From Candidatus Methylomirabilis oxygeniifera (lineage in GTDB: Bacteria > Methylomirabilota > Methylomirabilia > Methylomirabilales > Methylomirabilaceae): DNA of 32,000 bases. Numbering within the stretch: position 1 is the first letter of the stretch; each line of letters begins with the position of its first letter. A program made the position numbers and the translations under genes. Of this stretch, positions 15,230 to 24,400 are shown piece by piece. The notes below the pieces were generated by a model. That model saw nothing but the letters and a program-made list of their open reading frames with translations. It did not search any database and had not been told where the DNA came from. The stretch covers positions 1,440,001 to 1,472,000 of the forward strand of contig FP565575.1 in the NCBI GenBank assembly GCA_000091165.1. The letters are read 5' to 3'.

Positions 15230-15946
15230 ATGCGTAGTTCTATCGGATCCGACGCACTTACCGCCGAACGACCGTGGAAGCGGATGCGTGCGCCCAGCCT
15301 TGTCACAATCGGCTTTACGCTGTGGTTTCTTGCAGACCTCGTAACCCTCACAGGGTTGCTGCCACCAGGATCCCGCCCGTCGGATGCAAGCGCCGCAATC
15401 AGGATAGCCGCTGCTGCCCGGTCTACCACTCTCGTCGGTCAGCTTCTGGTCGCCAGGGATGAGCTTCGAGATCCGCGATTTGTCCACTCCGTCATCTATG
15501 TCGTGCACCACGATGCGGGAGGAGCGATGGGTCTCATCGTGAACAGACCGATCGGAGAGGTATCTCTATCCGAACTACTGGAACAAGCCGGGCTGGAACA
15601 TACGGGGATCAAGGGGAAGATCCGCGTTCACTTTGGAGGGCCCGTCGAACCGGGACAGGGATTCGTCCTGCATACGGCGGACTACACAATCGAGGGCACC
15701 GAGGTGATAGAGGGCGGCATCGCCGTCACAGCGAGATCCGAGATCCTCCGCGCCATAGCCACGGGAACCGGCCCGCGTCAGAGTCTCTTTGCGCTGGGCT
15801 ATGCGGGTTGGGCGCCAGGCCAGCTCGATGCCGAGATCAAAGCCGGGGCCTGGGAAATCGTTCCAGCCGATAAGATGCTCGTGTTCGACGAGAACGCCGA
15901 CACCAAATGGGAGCGCGCCATGGCCAGACGCACACTTTACCTCTGA
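15230..15946 (+). CDS. YqgE/AlgH family protein (UPF0301) with a hydrophobic N-terminal extension
   Basis: GQLLVARDELRDPRFVHSVIYVVHHDAGGAMGLIVNRP...VHFGGPVEPGQGFVLH...GYAGWAPGQLDAEIKAGAWEIVPAD is the family signature. The start is uncertain, either 15230 or ATG 15284. Confidence 0.8.
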   Translation: MRSSIGSDALTAERPWKRMRAPSLVTIGFTLWFLADLVTLTGLLPPGSRPSDASAAIRIAAAARSTTLVGQLLVARDELRDPRFVHSVIYVVHHDAGGAMGLIVNRPIGEVSLSELLEQAGLEHTGIKGKIRVHFGGPVEPGQGFVLHTADYTIEGTEVIEGGIAVTARSEILRAIATGTGPRQSLFALGYAGWAPGQLDAEIKAGAWEIVPADKMLVFDENADTKWERAMARRTLYL

Positions 15947-16084
15947 TCGCCACGCGTTGTGCCGCTCTATAAAGTTGTATTCACAACCCGCCGATATATA
16001 CGTAGACCCCATTGAGGCACTCGACGCGCCGACTCGTCGCGCGCTTACTGCAGTGATGGCCCACACGGAAGGAGCCTTGTAGTC

Positions 16085-17647
16085 GTGTCCATTGATCCGA
16101 CGCTGGTCGCGCGCATCTCTGCGCTGACTGTGCCCCTGAACGGGACGATCGCCCCGCTCCGGCGATTCGATCCGGGTCAGGTGCTCCAGGGGCGGGTGCT
16201 TGCCGTGCGGGGCAGCCAGGTGCTGATCTCCCTTTTTGGAGAGCAGATCGCGGCCGAAAGCGTCTTGTCGCTCCGTGTCGGACAAGTCCTGGACCTGATC
16301 GTACGCGAGGCCAGACCGGATCGAATCACGTTACGGATCGCCACGGATGTCGAAGGAAAGGCGCCTGTTCTTCAACCCTTTACGGACCAGGACGTCAGCG
16401 AACTGTTGATCGGGCAACATCTGCCCACCGATCCCGCCAACATGCTGATCGTCCGCTCGCTGATCCGCAACATGCTTCCCATCACCAATGCGAACGTGTC
16501 GGCCGTTCGTCACGCGCTCTCATTTATTACGACGCCCGCAGCCGAGGATGTTGATGCCGCGCTCTTTCTCATAGCCAGGGAGTTGCCCGTCACACCGCAG
16601 AGTCTGGAGCTGGCGAAGAGCGCGCTGCTGCAACCGCACAGCCTTGGCACCCGCGTGCAGGCGCTCGCGACACAGTTGGTGGAACTATTTTCGCGGTCCG
16701 CATTCGAGGATGCGGCCGCTGAGTTGCCGCGACCCCTACTCGCTCTGGCACAACAGGTTCTACGGGATCTGCCCATGCTCTTGCCAGACCAAGCCCAGGG
16801 CCGGACGCTTACCGCACTGATTCGACAGGTGTTGGATCAGATTGCGACGCCGACGGAAGCGCGCCTCACGCACGTTCTCCAAGAACCGCGCCTCCCTCCT
16901 GCACACCCCGACCTACCCGCCGGTCGGACAGCGGCGCAGTCGCCTCATACTAAAACCGCACATACTGTCATGATCGAGCCGTCGCCCCCTTCAGACGGAT
17001 ACACGGATGTCCCGTACGCGGACGGATCACACACACCCCCGGCGCCGCTACAACGCCGCGTTCAAGAAGCAGCACATGACTTCCGCCAGCAACTTGCCCG
17101 CCTCGACGATGCACTGACTCATACCGTCGCCGACTTGCCGCGCCGTCATGAGGTTGCGTCTACGCTCCATACACTCCAGACGACGATCCGCGAACTCATC
17201 TCGGCGATAGAGGCGGATCAACTCACCAATGCCGGTGCACCTCCACCCACCGAGGCCCAGGGGTACTACCTATTCCATCTACCGATCGCCACGGTGGGGC
17301 AGGATGCGACCGACACGGCAGAGGTACGAATCTACTATCAGCGGCGAGACCGCACCAAACAGGTCGATCCCGAGAATGCACATCTGGCGTTTCTGCTGCA
17401 GATGAGCCGGCTGGGTCCGGTCGATATCCATGTGGATTTATATCAGACACATTTGCGGTGCCGGATCGAATGCTCGCGCCAGGACGCGACGAACCTGTTC
17501 CAGGGGTCGTCACATGAGCTAAAAGAGCGCCTGCAGGATATCGGCTACATCGTGGACGCGATTCGCAGCACGACCGTCCGCTCACCCGACGCGCACTCGG
17601 AGCAACCCGCGGCCTTCAATCTATTGAGGATCGACGTACAGGCATAG
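16085..17647 (+). CDS. FliK-like (flagellar hook-length control family) protein
   Basis: 520 aa. The N-terminal part has GQVLQGRVLAVRGSQVLISLFGEQIAAESVLSLRVGQVLDL, followed by a long Pro/Ala/Gln-rich linker. The C-terminal part (YYLFHLPIAT...VRIYYQRRD...AHLAFLLQMSRLGPVDIHVDLYQTHLRCRIECSRQDATNLFQGSSHELKERLQDIGY) resembles the Flg_hook domain. Confidence 0.6.
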   Translation: MSIDPTLVARISALTVPLNGTIAPLRRFDPGQVLQGRVLAVRGSQVLISLFGEQIAAESVLSLRVGQVLDLIVREARPDRITLRIATDVEGKAPVLQPFTDQDVSELLIGQHLPTDPANMLIVRSLIRNMLPITNANVSAVRHALSFITTPAAEDVDAALFLIARELPVTPQSLELAKSALLQPHSLGTRVQALATQLVELFSRSAFEDAAAELPRPLLALAQQVLRDLPMLLPDQAQGRTLTALIRQVLDQIATPTEARLTHVLQEPRLPPAHPDLPAGRTAAQSPHTKTAHTVMIEPSPPSDGYTDVPYADGSHTPPAPLQRRVQEAAHDFRQQLARLDDALTHTVADLPRRHEVASTLHTLQTTIRELISAIEADQLTNAGAPPPTEAQGYYLFHLPIATVGQDATDTAEVRIYYQRRDRTKQVDPENAHLAFLLQMSRLGPVDIHVDLYQTHLRCRIECSRQDATNLFQGSSHELKERLQDIGYIVDAIRSTTVRSPDAHSEQPAAFNLLRIDVQA

Positions 17648-17657
17648 CGAGTTGAAT

Positions 17658-17754
17658 GTCATTGCAGGGAGCACAGCGACGAAGCAATCCCACCGTTCTT
17701 TGCAATCTCAACAATACCGAGATTGCCGCGCTCCCGTTGGTCGCTCGCAATGAC
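17658..17754. repeat. REP/MITE-like imperfect palindromic element
   Basis: Outer arms GTCATTGC (17658) and GCAATGAC (17747-17754). The inner perfect hairpin is GCAATCTC-AACAATACC-GAGATTGC (17702-17726). The left arm GTCATTGCAGGGAGCACAGCGACGAAGCAATC belongs to a repeat type I recognise from spurious ORFs in many environmental genomes. It lies between fliK-like and the next gene. Confidence 0.45.
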
Positions 17755-17791
17755 AAGCGACACGGGAACCCTTGCGGAGGAGGAATGAGAG

Positions 17792-18106
17792 GTGGCCACA
17801 CGTCGTCGCTCGTCACCTGAGATACAGCAGGCCGTAGCCCTGAAGTACGAGGCCGGCGAGAACGGGGCACCCGAGGTGGTCGCCTCGGGCCGCGGGCGTA
17901 TCGCTGAGCAGATCATTGCGCTCGCCAAGGCGCACGGCATCTACGTCAAGCAGGATCCTGAGTTGGTCGAGGTCCTCTCCAGACTCGACATCGGCGACGC
18001 GATCCCGCCGGAACTGTACGCGGTCGTCGCCGAGATCCTGGCCTTTGTCTACCGGGTCAACGCGAAGCGAGACCTGCACAATAGCCTACCCCCCTCATCC
18101 CGCTGA
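17792..18106 (+). CDS. FlhB C-terminal-domain-like protein (EscU/YscU/HrcU family switch-domain paralog, YlqH-like)
   Basis: QQAVALKYEAGENGAPEVVASGRGRIAEQIIALAKAHGIYVKQDPELVEVLSRLDIGDAIPPELYAVVAEILAFVYRV aligns with the FlhB-CC subdomain. It has no transmembrane region and no NPTH autocleavage motif. GTG start follows GGAGGAGG. Confidence 0.8.
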   Translation: MATRRRSSPEIQQAVALKYEAGENGAPEVVASGRGRIAEQIIALAKAHGIYVKQDPELVEVLSRLDIGDAIPPELYAVVAEILAFVYRVNAKRDLHNSLPPSSR

Positions 18107-18135
18107 GATATGAAGACGAGCGCTCAATAGATCGC

Positions 18136-18858
18136 TCAGATAATCTCACCGGCTCGTACAATGATGTGAGCCACCTCCGCCAGCTTGATGTTGCGATGTT
18201 GACTCTCTTGCTGCAATTTTTGCATGGCCTCCGGCTCGGAGAGCTTTAGTCGCTCCACGAGGATTCTTTTCGCCTTCTCGATCAGCTTTCGCTCCCCCAA
18301 AACTGTCTCTAACTTTTTCGTCCGTTGCTCCAGGAGATGTACCTTTGTCTTGAGTCGTGGAATGGTTTCTTCTGAGACGTGCTTCGTATTGCCTTTTGGG
18401 GTGGAGCGGAGATGGGTAGCGGAGAGAGGGGCAGCGTGTTGTTCGACACACGTCTCGGTCTCGGTGGCGTGTTTCACGAATATCTTGAAATCACAATGCT
18501 GCTGCCCCGCAGCGATTCGCCGCTTGAAGATAACTTGTCCGTAGCCAAAGAGATCAACCGCAATCCGCCCGAGACTTTCGCACCAGAGGTGACAGAAACT
18601 CTCCTGTTCCGCAACTCCTTCGCCGGCAAGGCAGTTGGTGCTGGTGAAGCGGATATGATCGCTCGCAAGCCGGTAGCGTAGATCCCAGGTCAACTGGTTC
18701 GCCAGCCAGACGACGGCCTCAGCGTATTCGGCTGGAGTAAAGACCCCTCGGTGCTTACTTCGCGCCTCCCCGGTTAAGCCGCTCAAGCTGCAGGCGACGG
18801 TGCGCAGGACTCGCTGTGTGGTTGGTAGATCGTTCTGCTTACCCAGCATCGCGGCCAA
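18136..18858 (-). CDS. Receiver-less ANTAR-domain protein, paralog 1 (Cys-containing V4R-like N-terminal domain + coiled coil + ANTAR)
   Basis: C-terminal ANTAR: GERKLIEKAKRILVERLKLSEPEAMQKLQQESQHRNIKLAEVAHIIV. N-terminal: DHIRFTSTNCLAGEG...FCHLWCESLGRIAVDLFGYGQVIF...HCDFKIFV. Homology to paralog 2 continues about 25 codons upstream of the first canonical start, so the start is uncertain. Confidence 0.8.
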   Translation of the reverse strand: MAAMLGKQNDLPTTQRVLRTVACSLSGLTGEARSKHRGVFTPAEYAEAVVWLANQLTWDLRYRLASDHIRFTSTNCLAGEGVAEQESFCHLWCESLGRIAVDLFGYGQVIFKRRIAAGQQHCDFKIFVKHATETETCVEQHAAPLSATHLRSTPKGNTKHVSEETIPRLKTKVHLLEQRTKKLETVLGERKLIEKAKRILVERLKLSEPEAMQKLQQESQHRNIKLAEVAHIIVRAGEII

Positions 18859-19594
18859 GTATCCGACAAGGTCTCGTATGATGAAACTGCGAGCTAACTC
18901 AGCGCGAGCGTCAAGCGCGGAACCGGTCGGTCTTTAGCGCTTGAACAACAGACTACTCTGTCTTAGCATGGGTCGTTCCCTTGACTTGATCTGAGTCTGG
19001 CGACCTGACGAGGGTTCGCGACATCGCGGTTGGCCGATTGACGTGTGCCTGCACGTCACCCGGCACGAATCGGGTTAAGGGGAACGCGACCATAGCCGAT
19101 AGCAAAACCGTAGGAACACTCAGGTGTTGTGGCGGTGATCGGTGTTCGGTCACTGCCAGGCGGAACGAATGACCGCCCTGCGGAGAGGCTTCGCCGACCG
19201 GATAGCCGGTGAACGAAGCGAGACCATAGATCGTCGTGCGCAAGACGCAGGACCGCACTGTCGCGGAGTCTGCTGAGCGCGGAGTCTGAATTCCTCGAGC
19301 GCTGATGGGGGCGCCATGGGGAGGGTGATGATGCCCGCACATGCCGACGTATGCCTCCGAACTCAATCACGTAGCAGTCCGGTTCCTTCTCCCCCTGAAG
19401 TCCAGCTCTTCAACGCGCGAGCATCACGCCATCCTCGTCTGGTCCGTGAGGCCATGGACCGCTTCGTCTCCGGCTTGCCACGAAGAGGCCGCTCCTCGCC
19501 AAAACACCACGAGAGATGGCCCGTCTACGGGCTGAAGTACCTCATAGGCTGCCCCACGCGACTTAACACTTTAACACCGGAGGGAGGAAGGACA

Positions 19595-21316
19595 ATGACC
19601 ATGCAATGGTTCAAGAATCTCAAGACGATGACCAAGTTGATGCTGGGATTCGCCGTAGTGGGCGTGATCGCGGGCGGAGTGGGCTACCTCGGCATCAGTA
19701 ACATGGGGAGTATCAATGCTAATGTAGGGGACGTGTACCAACACCAGCTCCTCCCCATCAAGATCATGGCCGAGGCCCGGGGGCAAACCCACCGGATGCG
19801 GGGTTTCGTGATCCAGCACATGCTGGAGCGCGACAAAGGCGCAATGGACAAGATTGCTGCCACTATCCAGGAATCCCAAGGACAGGTGGAAGAGCGGATT
19901 GGCCGCCTCGAGAAGATGGGTTTGACCCTTGAGGAGCGGGAGGCGCTGGGAACGTTCAAGGCGGCTTTCGCTGCATATAACAAGACGCGAGACGACAAGG
20001 TTCTGGCCTTCAGCAGTCAGGGCAAGAAGGAGGAGGCCTACGCCGCGGCCAAGACAGAGGGTGCGGAGCGATACCAGGCGGTCGTGGCCCGCATCAATGC
20101 CCTCATCGACCTCAAGGATAAAGCCGCCAAAGGTCGCTACGACGAAAGCCAGGCCACCTATAGCCGCTCCCGGACCATGATGATTGGGTTCGCTGTGGGG
20201 GGTCTGTTGACGGGCCTCGTATTCGGGTATTTTATTGCGATCCTGATCACCGGTCCGTTGAGCCAAACCGTGGCGGTCCTCAAGGACATCGCGGAGGGCG
20301 AGGGCGACTTGACGAAGCGACTGACAGTCCACAGTCGCGATGAGGCCGGCGAACTGGCTCGCTGGTTCAACACGTTCATGGACAAACTCCACGAGATCAT
20401 CGGGCAGGTGCGCATGGCCGCGGCGCAAAACGCCTCCACCTCACAACAACTCGCCGCCGGCAGCGAAGAACTGTCCAGTGGTACCCAGGAGCAAGCTGCC
20501 TCAATCGAGGAGACGGCGGCCTCCCTGGAGCAAATGACCTCCACTGTGAAGCAGAATGCGGACAACGCCCGCGAGGCGAACCAGATGGCGGTGTCGGCCC
20601 GATCGACGGCCGAGCAAGGCGGAGCCGTAGTCCAGACGGCTGTCACCTCGATGGAGGCGATCCGTGAGTCCTCCAAGCAGATCGCCGCGATCATCACGAC
20701 GATCGATGAAATCGCCTTTCAAACGAACCTTCTGGCGCTCAACGCCGCGGTCGAAGCCGCCAGAGCGGGGGAGCAGGGTCGGGGCTTTGCGGTGGTCGCC
20801 AGTGAGGTTCGGGCGCTTGCTCAGCGCTCGGCGGTCGCCTCCAAGGAGATCAAGACGCTGATCACTGACTCGGTAACCAAGGTGGAGGAGGGGGCGCAAC
20901 TGGTCAATCAGTCCGGGAAGACCCTGACCGAGATCATGGCCGGTGTGAAGAAGGTCGCCGATCTCATCGCCGAGATCTCCGCCGCCTCTCAGGAGCAGGC
21001 TCAAGGGATCGAGCAGATCAACAAAGCGATAACCCAGATGGACTCGGTCACTCAGCAAAATGCCGGCCAGACTGAGGAGTTCAGTGCCACAGCTCAATCC
21101 ATGGCAGCGCAGGCGGAGGAGCTCTCGGCGCTGGTGGCGAAGTTCAAGCTGGCGCGAGAGGCTGCGATCAGCCGTCAGCCGTCAGCGATCAGCTCTGAAT
21201 CGTCTCGGAAGGTGGTCCCCCTAAAAGGGAAGGCGCGTGGTAAATTCGCGGCGCCTAAGGCAGTGGCGGCGGCCACCGGGACCGATACGGCGTTTGGAAC
21301 ATTCGAGGAATTCTAG
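19595..21316 (+). CDS. Methyl-accepting chemotaxis protein (4-helix-bundle sensor, HAMP, MA signalling domain)
   Basis: ATG 19595 follows [41 protein letters not shown] (TM1), a second TM, a HAMP domain, and the highly conserved hairpin [43 protein letters not shown]. The track ORF start at 19316 adds about 90 aa of non-protein-like sequence. Confidence 0.9.
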   Translation: MTMQWFKNLKTMTKLMLGFAVVGVIAGGVGYLGISNMGSINANVGDVYQHQLLPIKIMAEARGQTHRMRGFVIQHMLERDKGAMDKIAATIQESQGQVEERIGRLEKMGLTLEEREALGTFKAAFAAYNKTRDDKVLAFSSQGKKEEAYAAAKTEGAERYQAVVARINALIDLKDKAAKGRYDESQATYSRSRTMMIGFAVGGLLTGLVFGYFIAILITGPLSQTVAVLKDIAEGEGDLTKRLTVHSRDEAGELARWFNTFMDKLHEIIGQVRMAAAQNASTSQQLAAGSEELSSGTQEQAASIEETAASLEQMTSTVKQNADNAREANQMAVSARSTAEQGGAVVQTAVTSMEAIRESSKQIAAIITTIDEIAFQTNLLALNAAVEAARAGEQGRGFAVVASEVRALAQRSAVASKEIKTLITDSVTKVEEGAQLVNQSGKTLTEIMAGVKKVADLIAEISAASQEQAQGIEQINKAITQMDSVTQQNAGQTEEFSATAQSMAAQAEELSALVAKFKLAREAAISRQPSAISSESSRKVVPLKGKARGKFAAPKAVAAATGTDTAFGTFEEF

Positions 21317-21445
21317 TCCCCCCTTTCTCTTGTCCTTATCCGATGGGGAAGGGAGGAGCATGCAAAGAGGGGTCACGCATATGAGCGAATCAACGATCGA
21401 TCAGATGAGCTACACCAACGATACGCACCAGATGGGGGCGAGGGC

Positions 21446-24400
21446 GTGATAAAGAGACTGATGGAGGGTTCCATATTCAGGCGGTTTACCTTCCTATCCG
21501 TTCTGATCGCCTTCGTGGTTCTGATCCCTTTAGTTATTTTTGGCTTCTCGGCGATTCAGGTCGCATCGGACCAACTCCTGCAACATGAGTTGGACGAATC
21601 AAAACAGGAGGTACTAACCAATGCGGATCAACTGAAGCGCGTCTTCGACATGGCTCAGGCCGACCTCACTATGCTGCGTGAACTGACGATTCGTAAGCTG
21701 AGGCGAGTTCGAGCCGCCGGCAATGAGGCCGAGATGGCGCGCTGGTATGATGCAATAGGGCAAGCCTTCCTGACTGTTGCAGATAGCCGACGGATCTACA
21801 ACCAAATCCGCTACCTCAATGAGTACGGCCGCGAGGTGATCCGGGTGGACTATGACGGCATTCATCCTCCGCAGCTCATCCCGCCTGCGCGCTTGCAGGA
21901 TAAGCGGCAGCGCGACTACTTCTCGGAAACCATGAAACTCGCGCCGGGCCAAGTCTACGTGTCTCGGCTCGATCTCAACCAGGAGCACGGTCAGATCGAG
22001 GTCCCGTACCGTCCCGTTATCCGCTACGCCATGCCCCTCTTCGATGACGCGGGCCACCGAAGCGGGATCGTCATCGTCAACCTCCAGATGGAGCCATTGC
22101 TCGATACCCTGTACCAGAAAGGAAAAGCCGCTCAGAGGGAAGTGCGAGTCGTCGATCAGGAGGGATTTTACCTCCTACACTCTAATCCGAATAAACAGTG
22201 GGGCGGCCCACATGAACTGAACACGGGGGAACGGATCCAGCGGGACCTTCCTGACCTTGCCGGCCGGCTCCTCTCTCAACAGGCTGTCGCAAGAGTCATG
22301 GCGGAGCAGGTCGTAGCCGCCCAGCCACTCCTGCTCAGCACGAATAACGCAGGCCCGTTCATTGTGGTCGTGGAACTGATGCCCACCCATGTTGCCCTGG
22401 CACCGATTACGGATCTTCACCTCTATTTGCTGATTCTACTCGTGGGTACGAGTATCCTCGCGATAGGGTGCGCCGCATTGTTAGGGGACAAACTCACTCG
22501 GCCCATCGTCGCCTTGCAGCAGGCGGCTCATCAGATCCGACATGGTAACCTGAATACCGCAGTAGAGACTCGTGGGCCGCGTGAGATCGCGGCGCTGAGT
22601 GAGGCGTTCAATGCCATGGCGGGGGGGCTGGCCCAGGCTCAGGTTCGAATCGACCGACACCTGGCCAGATTACACGCCATCAATCAGATCTGGACGGCTG
22701 CCGGTAACCCTCTTTCGCTCCACGAGGTCATCGATCACGCTCTAGATGCGACGTTACTCTGTCTGGGCGTCGAAGCGGCTGAGATCTTTCTATTGAACGA
22801 AGAACGGACCGAGGTCGTCCTGGTCGGACACCGGGGGGCGGCCCAGGAGGCCTTCCGAGAGACTACCCATTTCAAGTTGCAGGAAGGATTCCCCGGACTG
22901 GCAACCTTCTCGGCCGAGGTCGTACTGACAACCGATCTGCCGAACGATCCACGCTTTCTCCGGAAGCAGGTCATCGAAGCCGGCTTTAAGACCTTCGCGG
23001 CGATCCCTCTGAAGGTAACCGGACAGGTGATCGGCGCCATGAACGTGGCGACCCGCACCAGTTGCACCATCATCAAAGACGACCTCCCGATTTTGACCGC
23101 CATCGGGTCCACGATCGGGATGGTCGTGGCCAACGCACGCCTTTTTGAAGCGCAGCGTGACGGCGCACAACAGCTTGCCGAGAAAGTCGAGGAGTTGGAC
23201 GGCAAGATCGATGAGTTGGAGCGGATGCAGGCTCGTCTCATCGAAGCTGAGCGGCTCCGCGCCATGGGACAGATGGCCGCCGGGGTCGCTCACGACTTCA
23301 ATAACGCGCTGATGGCGGTTCTTGGACAGGCGCAACTCATACGGCTCTTCCTTGAACGAGGGCATATAGCGGCCGTCATGCAGAACGTGGCGGAGTATGT
23401 GGAGGTGCTGGAGCGCCTCGCATGGCAGGAGCAGGCCATACTCGATGCCGCGAACATTGTGCGAAAGATCCGTGAGGCCACCCGATCGCACGGCGAGGAG
23501 CCCTTTGCCTTGGTGTCGCTGAACGAGATCGTCGAGCAGGTCCTCGAGACCACCCGGCCCCGGTGGAAGGATCAGGCTGAGGCAAAGGGACTCTCGGTCA
23601 CGATAGCGCTGCAGTTGGGCGATGTACCGCCGGTCCTCGGGAATGCAGCGGAGTTGCGGGAAGCGCTCATTAACGTCCTCTTCAACGCGCTCGACGCCAT
23701 GCCGCATGGCGGCACCATCACGATCGCCACGAGACGAGCACCGCGTACCGAAACCGGTGAGACGCTCTCGACTACCCACACCCCCCGATCGCTGTTCCAG
23801 GAACCGCCGGCCGGACGGACGTGGGTCGTACTCTCTGTTACCGACACCGGCATCGGGATGTCTCAGGACGTCAAGGCGCGGCTCTTTGAGCCGTTCTTTA
23901 CCACAAAAGGGAGCCATGGAACCGGCCTCGGGCTCAATATGGTCCAAGGCATCGTCCATCGCCACGAGGGCGAGATTCACATTACGAGCGCAGAGGGATG
24001 GGGGACCAGCATCAGCATCCATCTGCCGGCGGCGCAGGAGGATCGACCGGAACCATCCACTCCCGCCCCGCCTCCGCCGTTGCCAGGCCGGCTGCGTCTG
24101 CTCGTGATCGACGACGAACCGCTGCTTGGCGAGACCCTGGTCGACCTGTTGGGACTCCTCGGGCATGAGGCGGTCGCAGTAACCAGCGGCGAGGCGGGCA
24201 TTGCACGCCTGCAGGCCGAGCGCTTCGATCTGGTGATGACCGACATCGGGATGGCGGGAATGTCGGGGTGGGACGTCGCTCGGGCGGTCAAGGCCGATTG
24301 GTCCCAACTTCCCGTGATCCTGGTCAGCGGCTGGGCCGGTATGATGGAGCGCGACCAGATCGAGGGAGCGGGGATTGACGCAGTCCTGGCCAAGCCGTAC

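Noticed and set aside
14752-15429. 225-aa minus-strand ORF, including a short stretch MRQVQVHITIAEAQRFISDFFYR that looked vaguely antitoxin-like
   Set aside because: Most of it is antisense to the NirA fragment and to the yqgE/algH 5-prime region. The remainder is Arg/Gly-rich. I could not tie the short stretch to any family.
18953-19370. 137-aa and 104-aa minus-strand ORFs in the ANTAR-1/MCP intergenic region. I also checked this region for RNase P RNA, tmRNA, SRP RNA, 6S RNA and group II intron domain V.
   Set aside because: The two ORFs overlap each other in different frames and have Arg/Ser/Pro-rich composition. None of the hallmark RNA motifs (GGAAAGUCCGGGC, the tmRNA tag and acceptor end, AGGUCCGGAAGGAAGCAGC, the domain V consensus) is visible.
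19316-19594. N-terminal 93 codons of the 666-aa track ORF for the MCP
   Set aside because: The sequence ([27 protein letters not shown]...) is not protein-like. A strong RBS followed by ATG at 19595 begins directly at the first transmembrane helix, as is typical for MCPs.
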